DNA of 63,305 bases, filler included. It is 8 parts of 8 records of this genome, joined end to end, with 100 filler letters (N's around TTAATTAATTAA, not from the genome) between each part and the next. Parts side by side here need not be neighbours in the genome. Positions count along the whole stretch, not along the records: positions 26,382 to 35,324 come from SRR31156797_41313; positions 35,425 to 44,615 come from SRR31156797_41316; 6 more parts are not named here. One strand, written 5' to 3'. Shown piece by piece: positions 32,933-41,949 of the stretch. The stretch's first letter is position 1, and each line of letters starts with the position of its first letter. The notes under the pieces were generated by a model that was given only the letters and a program-made list of their open reading frames with translations, ran no database searches and was not told the origin of the DNA. The position numbers and the translations under genes are program-made.

Positions 32933-33396
32933 AAACACCTCTCGGATTCTTCAAGAAAGTTACACGCCATCACATTTTTTTTACATAAGCATTTCACTAA
33001 GCGATAGCATGGCGCTGAGAGCATAGAACAGCTTCAGCAAGCATTTCTCGTCAAATAAAGTCACGGCTTAAAAGTAATGATAATAACCACCGACCTTAGG
33101 CAGTTCATTTGCCCTGTCGAACAAGAAGATTGGAATTTGATATAGGAAGATGAATCCTGCCCAAGGCTGAATTCTAATAAAATGATCCTTGATCAAAGCA
33201 GGATTGTCAAGAGCTTATTGTTTGGGGCATCTGCTATTTAAGGCGTCATTTTGTTCTCAAACAATTCCTTTGATATACTCTGTAAAAGCGAAGAAATCTA
33301 AATTGCGCCTTTACTTGTTTTTGTAATAAGCGATGCATAAATCGCCTGAATTAGCTTTAAGTATTTTTCGTAATACCAAAACGGACTGGGAGTTCA

Positions 33397-34185
33397 ATGG
33401 CCTCCGGTAACAGCATGAGCATCGATTTTGTTTTAATCCAGGCGGGAACGTATTTAATGGGCAGTCGGCCTGATGAGGCCGGTCGCTTTGAAGATGAAAA
33501 TATTCATCAAGTTACCATTTTCAAACCTTTTTATCTGCAGGCTACTACAGTTACCAAGGGGCAATGGGACGCGGTAATGAAGGGCGACAGTAAAGCTGAA
33601 GAGACATTGGCTCGGAAGCCGGTTTCCCCCAAAAGGCATAAGAGCAAAAGACAAAGGCATGAAACTTTATTAGTCCCGGATTTGAAAAAACCTGTAGTGA
33701 GTGTTTCATGGTTTGATTGCCAGGAATTTATAAAAAGATTGAACAGCATGGATGGAACGGATAAATACCGTCTGCCGATCGAGTCGGAATGGGAATATGC
33801 CTGCCGGGCCGGGACGACGACTCGATTCTTCTGGGGCGACAAGGCCGATTGCTCCAGGGCAAATTTTGGAGTTTCCATGTTCACAGATGAATGCCGGGGC
33901 GTCAATCCCGGCCGAATTATTGAGGCGGGACAATATTCTCCAAATGCGTGGGGATTGTTCGATATGCACGGCAACATCTGGGAATGGTGTCAGGACTGGT
34001 GGAACAAGGAATATCCGTCCGGCGCCGTTATCGATCCTTCGGGACCTTCCAGCGGCACGGAGCGCGTGAGACGCGGCGGCGGTTGGAACATCGAATCCCG
34101 CTTTTCAAGGTCGGCCAACCGGGCCGGCTCCAACCCAAATAATCGATTAGGCGATATTGGATTTCGCCTGGCTAAAGATATTTAG
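33397..34185 (+). CDS. Formylglycine-generating enzyme (FGE-sulfatase) domain protein
   Basis: YRLP.E.EWEYACRAG, NAWGLFDMHGNIWEWCQD, RVRRGGGW, IGFRL. Confidence 0.9.
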   Translation: MASGNSMSIDFVLIQAGTYLMGSRPDEAGRFEDENIHQVTIFKPFYLQATTVTKGQWDAVMKGDSKAEETLARKPVSPKRHKSKRQRHETLLVPDLKKPVVSVSWFDCQEFIKRLNSMDGTDKYRLPIESEWEYACRAGTTTRFFWGDKADCSRANFGVSMFTDECRGVNPGRIIEAGQYSPNAWGLFDMHGNIWEWCQDWWNKEYPSGAVIDPSGPSSGTERVRRGGGWNIESRFSRSANRAGSNPNNRLGDIGFRLAKDI

Positions 34186-34270
34186 GTTCCGGTTGATTTG
34201 CCTATATTCTTAAATGTTAATTCACAGTTCAAAATTTTATCAATAATAGATAAAATGATGAACTGAGTGG

Positions 34271-34951
34271 TTATCGGTCCGTAGCAGCCGCATTCTCCTT
34301 ATTGACATCATCGTGCCAGTCGGCGCCCTCTATTTCGGCGGAAAAGTTTCCGTACATCTCCTGAAAACTCTCCTTTATCTCTTCCAGGGGCACATCATCG
34401 TATTCGTCCCGGAACCGGATGTAGTCCATGTGCCTGTTGCCGTCCAGGTCAAAGGGATGATAGATGGAATCGTTCTGTCCGTCAAAGTCCAGCGTCCTCA
34501 AACGAAATTTTTCGCACAACTCCTTGTTGAATGCGGGCGTGGATTTAACCCATTTTCCATCCAGGTAAATAGTGGTGTACCCGTGCCAATGAAAGATATC
34601 CGTTTTCATCATTTCCCGCATACGTTTTGTTGACAGGTGGTTACGGACATCGGCAAAGCCCAGACGGGCCGGAATACCCAAAACGCGGCAACAGGCGGCC
34701 AGAAGCGCGGCCTTGGGGACGCACCAGCCCTCTCCCACTGCCAAGGTTGTGGATGCTTTTAGCTTGGCGACAGAAAGTTCAAACTCGTATGGGTTGTATC
34801 TGATTACATCCCTGACGGCGTAATAGAGACTTACCGCCTGGTCTGTCGAATTACTGGAACTGCCGGCATGCTGATGCGCGAATGCCTTAATTGAATCATG
34901 ATCCGAGTCGATTATGGGGGTCGGCTGCAGGTGCTGTTTTGTCGGTTTCAT
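34271..34951 (-). CDS. Transglutaminase-like family protein
   Basis: YYAVRD.IRY.PY, GWCVPKA (catalytic Cys), GIPARLGFADVRNH, WHGY, W.K.TPAF. Confidence 0.88.
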   Translation of the reverse strand: MKPTKQHLQPTPIIDSDHDSIKAFAHQHAGSSSNSTDQAVSLYYAVRDVIRYNPYEFELSVAKLKASTTLAVGEGWCVPKAALLAACCRVLGIPARLGFADVRNHLSTKRMREMMKTDIFHWHGYTTIYLDGKWVKSTPAFNKELCEKFRLRTLDFDGQNDSIYHPFDLDGNRHMDYIRFRDEYDDVPLEEIKESFQEMYGNFSAEIEGADWHDDVNKENAAATDR

Positions 34952-35324
34952 CTCAAGTCTCCCGTTTTTTTTTCGGATTATACGATAAAAGCCCCGATTT
35001 GGGAATATCAAGCCTTATATGCCAGGTAATCCACCATGATATAACCCCCGTTGGAAAGAAAACATTGCGTTTTTTAATTTAAGGGCCGATGGCAGCGGTT
35101 TCCCAAATGCACCCCCGTGTCCGCCCGAGCATTGCTCCGACAACCCTGCTCCGCCCGCGTCCCTGACATTATTTATGTCAATAACTATAACCTTGATATT
35201 TTTATTTTAAAAAAATCAATGAATTAATAAGTAGTTTAAATATCGCTTTCCATGGCGGTTTGATTTTTCCCCCTTGATTTTGCCTTGTACAGGGCCTCGT
35301 CCGCTTTTTTTAAAAGAGATTTGT

Positions 35325-35424
35325 NNNNNNNNNNNNNNNNNNNNNNNNNNNNNNNNNNNNNNNNNNNNTTAATTAATTAANNNNNNNNNNNNNNNNNNNN
35401 NNNNNNNNNNNNNNNNNNNNNNNN
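35325..35424. other. Artificial contig spacer
   Basis: N44-TTAATTAATTAA-N44. Confidence 0.99.
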
Positions 35425-35454
35425 GAGTTGCCCCGTCTCTGGTTTTCAAGACCA
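35425..35454 (-). repeat. att site: displaced tRNA-Ser(UGA) fragment (anticodon stem-loop plus variable arm)
   Basis: Minus strand TGGT-CTTGAAA-ACCA-GAGACGGGGCAACTC; tRNA-like sequence stops at the anticodon stem with no D-arm beyond it. Confidence 0.82.
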
Positions 35455-35560
35455 TAGATAAACTTTACCCACTATCCCCAAAAAGCCCTAAGAATCCCCT
35501 TTTATCCGGCAATTTGTCCACCTTGACTTACTCGCTATTCCTCTCTATTTTTGTCCAAGA

Positions 35561-35583
35561 TGTGGGGACTAGCGTGGGGACCA
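35561..35583 (+). repeat. Putative integrase arm-type site (left copy)
   Basis: TGTGGGGACTAGCGTGGGGACCA, 22/23 identical to 44505-44527; internal tandem GTGGGGAC. Confidence 0.72.
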
Positions 35584-35609
35584 TTTGATATCTTTGTCTG
35601 AGCGAGAGC

Positions 35610-36737
35610 ATGGCTAAATATAAACGGCACAAAACGAACTATCCAGGTGTTTACTACATCATGGGTACGCACGTATCCAGCGGCAAGCCAGAACGTGTGT
35701 ACTACATCCGTTATCGGAAAAACGGGAAAATGATCGAGGAAAAAGCAGGCCGCCAGTTTCAAAACGACATGACGCCTGCCAAAGCCTCACGAATCCGTGG
35801 CAAGAGAATTGATGGCGATGAGGTCTCAAACGAAGAGCGCCGCAAAGCCGAGGAAGGCACCTGGAGCCTCGATAAGATATGGGAAGAATACAAGCGCCAA
35901 AACTCACATCTCAAAGGACTCAAAATTGACGCCTATCGATTTAAAAAGCATTTGAAACCTCCCCTTGGACACAAGCCCCCATCAGAAATCTACACAATAG
36001 ATGTAGACCGCCTAAGACTGCGCAAGCTCAAAGGCAAATCTCCACAGTCAATCAAACTTGTCTTGTCCCTCCTCAAAAGGATAATCAACTTTGGGGTAAA
36101 GAAAGGGTTATGCCCTGCTCCCGATCCTGCAAAGCTCCACATAACCATTCCCAAAGTGGATAACACCACCACGGAAGACCTTGCCCCCGACCAGTTGAAA
36201 AAACTACTTAAGACGCTTGATGAGTCAGCAAACCAACCCGTTGCATGCATGATGAAGCTGGCTCTTTACACCGGCATGCGTCGGGGAGAAATGTTCAAGC
36301 TGGAATGGTCTGATATCGACTTTGAAAATGAGTTCATAACGCTACGCAACCCTAAAGGCGGCAAGACGGAATCTATTCCACTCAACGACGCAGCCCGTGA
36401 AGTGCTTGAGAGCTTACCCAAAACGAAGAGCCACTTTGTCTTCCCTGGAAGAGATGGTAAGCAGCGAAAAAATGTCACTCCACAGATCAACAAAATAAAA
36501 AAGAAAGCAGGTCTACCCAAAAATTTTCGACCTCTCCATGGCCTCCGCCACGTATATGCATCGATGCTAGCGAGTTCCGGCCAGGTTGACATGTACATGC
36601 TTCAAAAGCTGCTCACACACAAAAGCGCGGCAATGACTCAAAGGTACGCCCACCTACGAGATGAGGCACTACAAAAGGCTTCCAAAGTGGCAGACGCCTT
36701 AATTACAGAGATTAAGAAGACAGCAAACGAGGATTAA
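35610..36737 (+). CDS. Tyrosine integrase
   Basis: N-terminal arm-binding region; TGMRRGE, K, HGLRH, LTH, TQRY catalytic residues; adjacent to att. Confidence 0.95.
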   Translation: MAKYKRHKTNYPGVYYIMGTHVSSGKPERVYYIRYRKNGKMIEEKAGRQFQNDMTPAKASRIRGKRIDGDEVSNEERRKAEEGTWSLDKIWEEYKRQNSHLKGLKIDAYRFKKHLKPPLGHKPPSEIYTIDVDRLRLRKLKGKSPQSIKLVLSLLKRIINFGVKKGLCPAPDPAKLHITIPKVDNTTTEDLAPDQLKKLLKTLDESANQPVACMMKLALYTGMRRGEMFKLEWSDIDFENEFITLRNPKGGKTESIPLNDAAREVLESLPKTKSHFVFPGRDGKQRKNVTPQINKIKKKAGLPKNFRPLHGLRHVYASMLASSGQVDMYMLQKLLTHKSAAMTQRYAHLRDEALQKASKVADALITEIKKTANED

Positions 36738-36739
36738 AC

Positions 36740-37603
36740 ATGCTCTCAGACAACAGCAAATATCTGCTATTCTGGCTATGGGAGTACACTTGTCGAACTC
36801 CCCAAAACAGGCCTCTTTATGCGAAACTTCTTAAAGCCCTCAAAGAACCTGTTGAACAGCCAGAATCAGTTCAACAAATGCTCAAGAAGGGGTGGCTCGT
36901 CGCTGTCATGGACCTTGGTGGATTCGACTTCAAAGAATGGGGTAATGTCTCCAAGAACTGCGATATCTACAAGAGTTCAGAAGACATCTTACAAGCAATT
37001 ATCGAGGACAGCTTTCGCCACCGCTTCCCATCACCTCAAATCGAATGGCCCGGATTAAACGATCTGCCACTTTCACAAAAACAACTCACAACTATTGTTC
37101 ATGATTCTTTCCCCAATGGGATAGATCGCAATCAAAAACAGAAGGAAATCGCCAGGTGGAAAGAAAAGACTAGTCAAGCAGGAGAACACGGCGGTTTCTA
37201 CTTCATTGACTTCACAAAACCATTGGAAGAAATCCAAGCACGAATTGAATATGAATATAGTATTCATAAAAATCTTATGAATGGCACCGGAATCGAACAC
37301 CTTGACATAGACAACCTCAAAAGCATTGAAATTCAACTAATCGAGCAGTGGGTCAGATCAAAAACAAAAATGAAACGAATCCACTCCTCCAAAGTAATCA
37401 GCCGAGTTATAGGGTTGTGGATGTGGGATTATCAACATGAACACAATGTCATTCCACAACAGGCCATACAGGCTTTCAAAAAAAAGTATGAGTACAAGTT
37501 GCCAGGCAAAGACGATGGGTTCGATTCAGCTGACCTTCGCTACTATCTTCGCCAAACAGACAAATGTATAAACAAGGCTGAAGTCCTTCACTTCTCCAAA
37601 TAG
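36740..37603 (+). CDS. Hypothetical protein coupled to the integrase
   Basis: 287-aa ORF starting 2 nt after the integrase stop; no family recognised. Confidence 0.7.
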   Translation: MLSDNSKYLLFWLWEYTCRTPQNRPLYAKLLKALKEPVEQPESVQQMLKKGWLVAVMDLGGFDFKEWGNVSKNCDIYKSSEDILQAIIEDSFRHRFPSPQIEWPGLNDLPLSQKQLTTIVHDSFPNGIDRNQKQKEIARWKEKTSQAGEHGGFYFIDFTKPLEEIQARIEYEYSIHKNLMNGTGIEHLDIDNLKSIEIQLIEQWVRSKTKMKRIHSSKVISRVIGLWMWDYQHEHNVIPQQAIQAFKKKYEYKLPGKDDGFDSADLRYYLRQTDKCINKAEVLHFSK

Positions 37604-37681
37604 GGAGAATACTGATTCCACTAATCGCCCGCCTTTTAATTATCTTTTTAGATTCTTTTACTCTCCCTTACTGCTTTCCAT

Positions 37682-37715
37682 AAGGTCTCCCTACAGCAAG
37701 GAGGCCTTTTCTTTT
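37682..37715 (+). terminator. Probable terminator after the int operon
   Basis: AAGGTCTCC...GGAGGCCTT followed by TTCTTTT. Confidence 0.55.
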
Positions 37716-37751
37716 GTTTGCTTCGGCTTCCTTCAAACAAACGGAGGCACT

Positions 37752-37940
37752 ATGTCTTTACTCACCGAAAAAGAAACGGCCCAGCGACTCGGAATAAGTA
37801 TTAAGACTCTCCAAGCCCGCAGACTAAACAGACGACAGCCCAGCTATGTGAAAATCGGCCGACTGGTTCGATACAAACCGGAAGTGATTGAGGCGTTCAT
37901 TGCTGAAAACACCGTCAACCTCGACTGTAACGCGGCCTAA
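37752..37940 (+). CDS. AlpA/excisionase-like HTH protein
   Basis: LLTEKETAQRLGIS.KTL..R....PSYVKIGRLVRY; GGAGG RBS. Confidence 0.88.
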   Translation: MSLLTEKETAQRLGISIKTLQARRLNRRQPSYVKIGRLVRYKPEVIEAFIAENTVNLDCNAA

Positions 37941-37945
37941 CCTCT

Positions 37946-38740
37946 ATGCAGCGCGGCTACGTTCGTCTCTGGCGCAAGATACGGGACAAGGCGATCCTTG
38001 AGGATTCAACACTTTGCCAAGTCTTCCTGAAAGCTCTGCTTGATGCTGAATTCAAAAGGACGCAGCGAAGAGTCGGCACGAAGTTTATTGACTTAGAACC
38101 GGGCGAATTTGTCTTTGGCCGCACAGCATGGGCCAGAGCGCTTAATGCCACAGAAAATCAGATACGGACCCGCATAAAGCTACTTGAGCGAATGGGGACT
38201 ATCTCCGCCAGCAAGTACTCCAGCACGTACACCGTGTATAAGTTCAACAATTGGAATACTTACGCGACAAGCGGTGACGCCCCTCACCCGCAAGTCAGTC
38301 AGGAATCAGCCCGCAAGCCGTCGGCATCCCGCCCGCATGTCGCCACATATGAAAAAGAAAAGAAGCTAAGAAACAAAGAAGTGGAGGATACTCACGTATC
38401 CTCTTGTTCGAAGCCTCCAAACGGCTCCGAACCGAATATCATAACCACCCTTCCCCTCAAAGATGGCACCGAATTCGCCATCACCGAAGAATTTGCCCAA
38501 GAGCTTGGGCAACTTTATCGGATACCGGACTTGATGAAATCATTTCGGGCAATGCGGGGTTGGCTCATTGGTAATCCCACAAAACGGAAAACCAATAAAG
38601 GAATCAAACGGTTCATCACTGGTTGGCTCAACAGGGAATTGGATGATGCGACGAGGACCGGCGGGAGAAAGGTAATCAATATGCCCCGCCACACACAGAA
38701 CAACCTCGCGGTTATCAACAAGCTCCTTGAGGAGGACTGA
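37946..38740 (+). CDS. Phage replication initiator (lambda O/DnaD-like)
   Basis: GYVRLWRKI N-terminal wHTH, low-complexity linker with DNA repeats, C-terminal WL..NP.KRKT..GIKRFI..WL.RE. Confidence 0.75.
   Translation: MQRGYVRLWRKIRDKAILEDSTLCQVFLKALLDAEFKRTQRRVGTKFIDLEPGEFVFGRTAWARALNATENQIRTRIKLLERMGTISASKYSSTYTVYKFNNWNTYATSGDAPHPQVSQESARKPSASRPHVATYEKEKKLRNKEVEDTHVSSCSKPPNGSEPNIITTLPLKDGTEFAITEEFAQELGQLYRIPDLMKSFRAMRGWLIGNPTKRKTNKGIKRFITGWLNRELDDATRTGGRKVINMPRHTQNNLAVINKLLEED
38287..38380 (+). promoter_or_regulatory. Putative iteron replication origin inside the initiator gene
   Basis: CCCGCAAGTC (38287), CCCGCAAGCC (38310), CCCGCATGTC (38332), then an A-rich tract at 38351-38380. Confidence 0.62.
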
Positions 38741-38742
38741 CT

Positions 38743-39375
38743 ATGGATTGGACCAACAAGGATGATCGAACCTCATTTCTAACCGCCTTCGGTAGCCTGA
38801 GCGAGATATTCGGAAAGGAATTCTCTGAATTCTCAGCCAAGGCATACTTCAAGGCTTTGTCCTCCCACCCTGTGCGGAATGTGGTCAACGCAATCGAAAA
38901 AGCAATCATTCGCTGCCGGTTCTTCCCCAAGCCGGTTGAGCTCTTGGAATTCCTTGAAGGGACGCCGGAGGACCAAAAAATTAAGGCCGAAGGTAAAGCA
39001 CGGGAAGTGCTCATGGCTGTCCGCCGGTACGGAGCATATGCCAACGTCCTTTTCCCTGATCCTGTCACCAATGCAATTCTCCGCCAATATTTCGGAGGCT
39101 GGATTGCGGTATGTGCCACACGCGAAGACGCGCACAAATGGTTCATCAAAGATTTTGCTGATCGCTACGCTGAATACAAAGCGAACGGCATTGAGGACAC
39201 GGAACCGCTGCGGGGAATTGGAACAAGCCCTATCGTTGAATACGTCGGAGGTACTCATCGCCCGGCCCTGATCGGAAAAAGACAGCAGGAAGTCAAGCAG
39301 TTGGCAACCGGCCTCGGCAAAGAATTGAGCAGCCGTAGCCGAGCACCCAGCACACAGGCCGCGAGAAAGGCCTAG
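38743..39375 (+). CDS. Phage replication accessory protein (DUF6475 / helicase loader-inhibitor-like)
   Basis: F...F..L.E.FGK, Y..AL, FFPKP.EL, V...V.RYG.Y..V.F.DP, GGW..C, WF.KDF...Y; directly follows the initiator. Confidence 0.65.
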   Translation: MDWTNKDDRTSFLTAFGSLSEIFGKEFSEFSAKAYFKALSSHPVRNVVNAIEKAIIRCRFFPKPVELLEFLEGTPEDQKIKAEGKAREVLMAVRRYGAYANVLFPDPVTNAILRQYFGGWIAVCATREDAHKWFIKDFADRYAEYKANGIEDTEPLRGIGTSPIVEYVGGTHRPALIGKRQQEVKQLATGLGKELSSRSRAPSTQAARKA

Positions 39376-39633
39376 AGAGGGTTCAATTCTTGTTTCTCAT
39401 AACAACTTGAAGCTGGGAGCGGGCGAAGGCCTCAAATTGCGGAACAAAGCAAATATGAGCGGAATTTATAGCATTCGGAAAAGACACACAAAAACACAGG
39501 AAACGCCCAAAAACCATGATTCAAACAATTTCAAGACATTAAGCATGTTTCACAGAGGTTTCCGAACGTTTTTTTACAGTTGTTAGCCACCCAAGGAAGT
39601 AGGTTTCTCCACACACATTACACGAAGGAAAAA

Positions 39634-40272
39634 ATGAAAGGCTGTAGACCACTCTCCCAAAGGGAGATTCACCGAATTTTAAACTCTTTCACCGGACGCA
39701 ATCGGCTCCGCAATCGAGCTCTGTTCGTCCTTGGCGCGACATGCGGCTTTCGAATTCAGGAACTCCTTTCGCTACGAGTCAAAGACGTTGTATTGGAGGG
39801 CCAAATGGTGGACCGGGTGACCGTCCAGAAGCGGAACATGAAGGGCTCCATTGAATCCCGCAATGTAGTTCTCCTCAATGTGGCCCGCACAGCCGTTCTT
39901 GACTGGATCACATCCGGCCTCTGGGAACGCGGCTATGTTTCGCCTGAAACATTCCTTTTCCGATCTGAGTACGGATTAAATCAACCGATATCCCCACAAC
40001 ATGCTCACCGTGTTCTTTCGCACAACTACAAGCGAAACCACCTGTCCGGGAAACTTGGCACCCACACCATGCGAAAAACCTACGCGAAATTCCTTTATGA
40101 GGACGCCCAAGAGCGCCGGGGCCAGGGAGAAGCTATCGACCCGCTCCCGCTTGTCTCGAAGGCGCTTGGCCACAAGTCTCTCAACAGCACCATGTCTTAC
40201 CTTTCATTCATGACCGAGGACATCGACATATCAGCCGCAAACTACGAACGCAGAATCTTTGGAGGTCTGTGA
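39634..40272 (+). CDS. Small catalytic-domain-only tyrosine recombinase
   Basis: MKGCRPLS start behind a GAAGGAA RBS; RNRALF, GFRIQE, THTMRKT, LGH, TMSYL. Confidence 0.88.
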   Translation: MKGCRPLSQREIHRILNSFTGRNRLRNRALFVLGATCGFRIQELLSLRVKDVVLEGQMVDRVTVQKRNMKGSIESRNVVLLNVARTAVLDWITSGLWERGYVSPETFLFRSEYGLNQPISPQHAHRVLSHNYKRNHLSGKLGTHTMRKTYAKFLYEDAQERRGQGEAIDPLPLVSKALGHKSLNSTMSYLSFMTEDIDISAANYERRIFGGL

Positions 40273-40463
40273 TGCAACAATATCGTACGGTCAAAATGCT
40301 GGCCGAGGAACTGAGTGTACACCCTGACACCATTTATCGCATGTGCGAACGGCGGGAGATTCCTCACCACCGCATACGCGGTCGAATCCGGTTCAGCCCG
40401 GAGCACGTCAAGGCGTTGAAAAAAGCAACCCGCGTTCCCGCTCGAAGGGGAGGAATTCAATGA
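40269..40463 (+). CDS. Second excisionase-like HTH protein
   Basis: TVK.LAEEL.V.PDTIYRM.....IP..RI...IRF; overlaps the recombinase stop. Confidence 0.82.
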   Translation: MMQQYRTVKMLAEELSVHPDTIYRMCERREIPHHRIRGRIRFSPEHVKALKKATRVPARRGGIQ

Positions 40464-40822
40464 ACAATTCACACACCCCCAACGAATTTGCAGTCCACCT
40501 GAACAACCTGGCGGCAACTGTCTACCACGACAACCCGGACGCCGCCCGAACAGCCAAACGGGCAGCAATGATAATTGAACAATGCATGAAAGACATGGCG
40601 ATACTGTTCAAAGTTTTCAAGGAAGCCAACGTTTTCATCAAACACTTTTACTTTGACAACGATTTGCCCAGCGAAATTGCAGATTGGGACCTCGTCCAGA
40701 CGGGACCGTGGACACACGGGAAGCAAGCCGAAGACGCTCTGAAAAATCTGGCTGTTGAAGTTTTCATGACTTGCTCTGAATTAAGGCGACGCGAAGAACG
40801 AATAAACAAACCGATCAACTAA
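40460..40822 (+). CDS. Hypothetical protein
   Basis: ATG at 40460 with GGAGG RBS and ATGA overlap with the previous stop; 120 aa. Confidence 0.65.
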   Translation: MNNSHTPNEFAVHLNNLAATVYHDNPDAARTAKRAAMIIEQCMKDMAILFKVFKEANVFIKHFYFDNDLPSEIADWDLVQTGPWTHGKQAEDALKNLAVEVFMTCSELRRREERINKPIN

Positions 40823-40834
40823 AAGGAATTAATC

Positions 40835-41905
40835 ATGTGCGGTAAATCGAGCAACAACGGCGGAAAAAGCAAAGGCGCAACATCTAGCTTGGGCGGATAC
40901 AGCTTCGGCCATGGTCTCGGTAGCATTGCCGACCAGCGTCGCGCCGAAAACAGGACGGCAATGAATCAAGGAATAAATATCAGTAACAGCCCCGGATTTC
41001 AAAGTCGCGGCCTTGAGCACACGTCATCAATGGGAGGACCAACTAAAACACCTCAGGCGCAAATCAAACCTCAAGGCGTTCTCATGACTCCAACGCCCGT
41101 CTCCAAACCTCGTATGACAAGCGTTTTTGGGACCATGGGAATTGATAACATCAAAGAAACAGAAGATGCATTCGAAGGCACTGGATTTATGGGACTTGGA
41201 AAAAAAGGCTCGATCAATGTTCCGGATGATTATGGTTGGGACTTTACCGCAAACAAAGCAATTGGGACCGAACCATCTTGGAGTGCAAACCGTTCCTTAC
41301 CGGGCAAGGCGCGAGATATGGTCGCCAAGGCTATTGGAAGCCCCTACGACAGAGACGTAACAGCAGATCGAGCTAGGGATATGCTTTCGAGGGGAAAAGG
41401 CACACTTTCAACCTGGACGGAGGGCCTTCAGGAAGGGAACTACCAGTACGACAAGGCAGGAAATCCAACTGAGGACAAATTAGGCAGAGCATACGATATG
41501 CTCAGCCCCATCACGGATGTTATCACAGGCAATCCGCTTGGAGCGGTATTCAGCACGGCTTCAGCTATCGACACGGCCATGGATCACAATAAACTTGAAA
41601 AGGCCGGGGTTTTCGGCCAGCCGCTTACTCAGCACGCACCACTGACACGCGGGAGAACACTGCTCTCTCGTACCATGTTCGGTAATGGAGAGAGTGACCA
41701 CGGCCCTTCCATGAAACCTTCACTCAAACCAGCCTTAAAAACTTCCTCCTCAGAAAAGCCAAAGCGTAGGCCTAGACGCGGAAGGGAAACTTTGATGCTG
41801 ACAGGGCCACAAGGAGTAACGAACCCTGCTGAACTGGCTATACGACGGCTCTTTGGCGAGGACGGAAAAAGAAAACCAGTCTTGATGCAAAAGCATTACG
41901 AGTAA
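40835..41905 (+). CDS. Gly/Ser/Thr-rich protein with podovirus small-virion-protein-like termini
   Basis: AAGGA RBS; N-terminal MCGKSS; C-terminal RRGRETLMLTGPQGVTNPAELAIRRLFG. Confidence 0.6.
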   Translation: MCGKSSNNGGKSKGATSSLGGYSFGHGLGSIADQRRAENRTAMNQGINISNSPGFQSRGLEHTSSMGGPTKTPQAQIKPQGVLMTPTPVSKPRMTSVFGTMGIDNIKETEDAFEGTGFMGLGKKGSINVPDDYGWDFTANKAIGTEPSWSANRSLPGKARDMVAKAIGSPYDRDVTADRARDMLSRGKGTLSTWTEGLQEGNYQYDKAGNPTEDKLGRAYDMLSPITDVITGNPLGAVFSTASAIDTAMDHNKLEKAGVFGQPLTQHAPLTRGRTLLSRTMFGNGESDHGPSMKPSLKPALKTSSSEKPKRRPRRGRETLMLTGPQGVTNPAELAIRRLFGEDGKRKPVLMQKHYE

Positions 41906-41916
41906 CTTTGAATCTG

Positions 41917-41945
41917 TTGCACATTTTCTCGGATATGCTTATATT
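41917..41945 (+). promoter_or_regulatory. Sigma70-type promoter
   Basis: TTGCAC (41917-41922), 17-nt spacer, TATATT (41940-41945). Confidence 0.72.
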
Positions 41946-41949
41946 GTAT

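Noticed and set aside
39529-39537. TTTCAAGAC matching the att core upstream of the second tyrosine recombinase
   Set aside because: Only 9 nt, lacks the flanking symmetry, and the same 9-mer occurs in an unrelated contig near 59723; likely chance.
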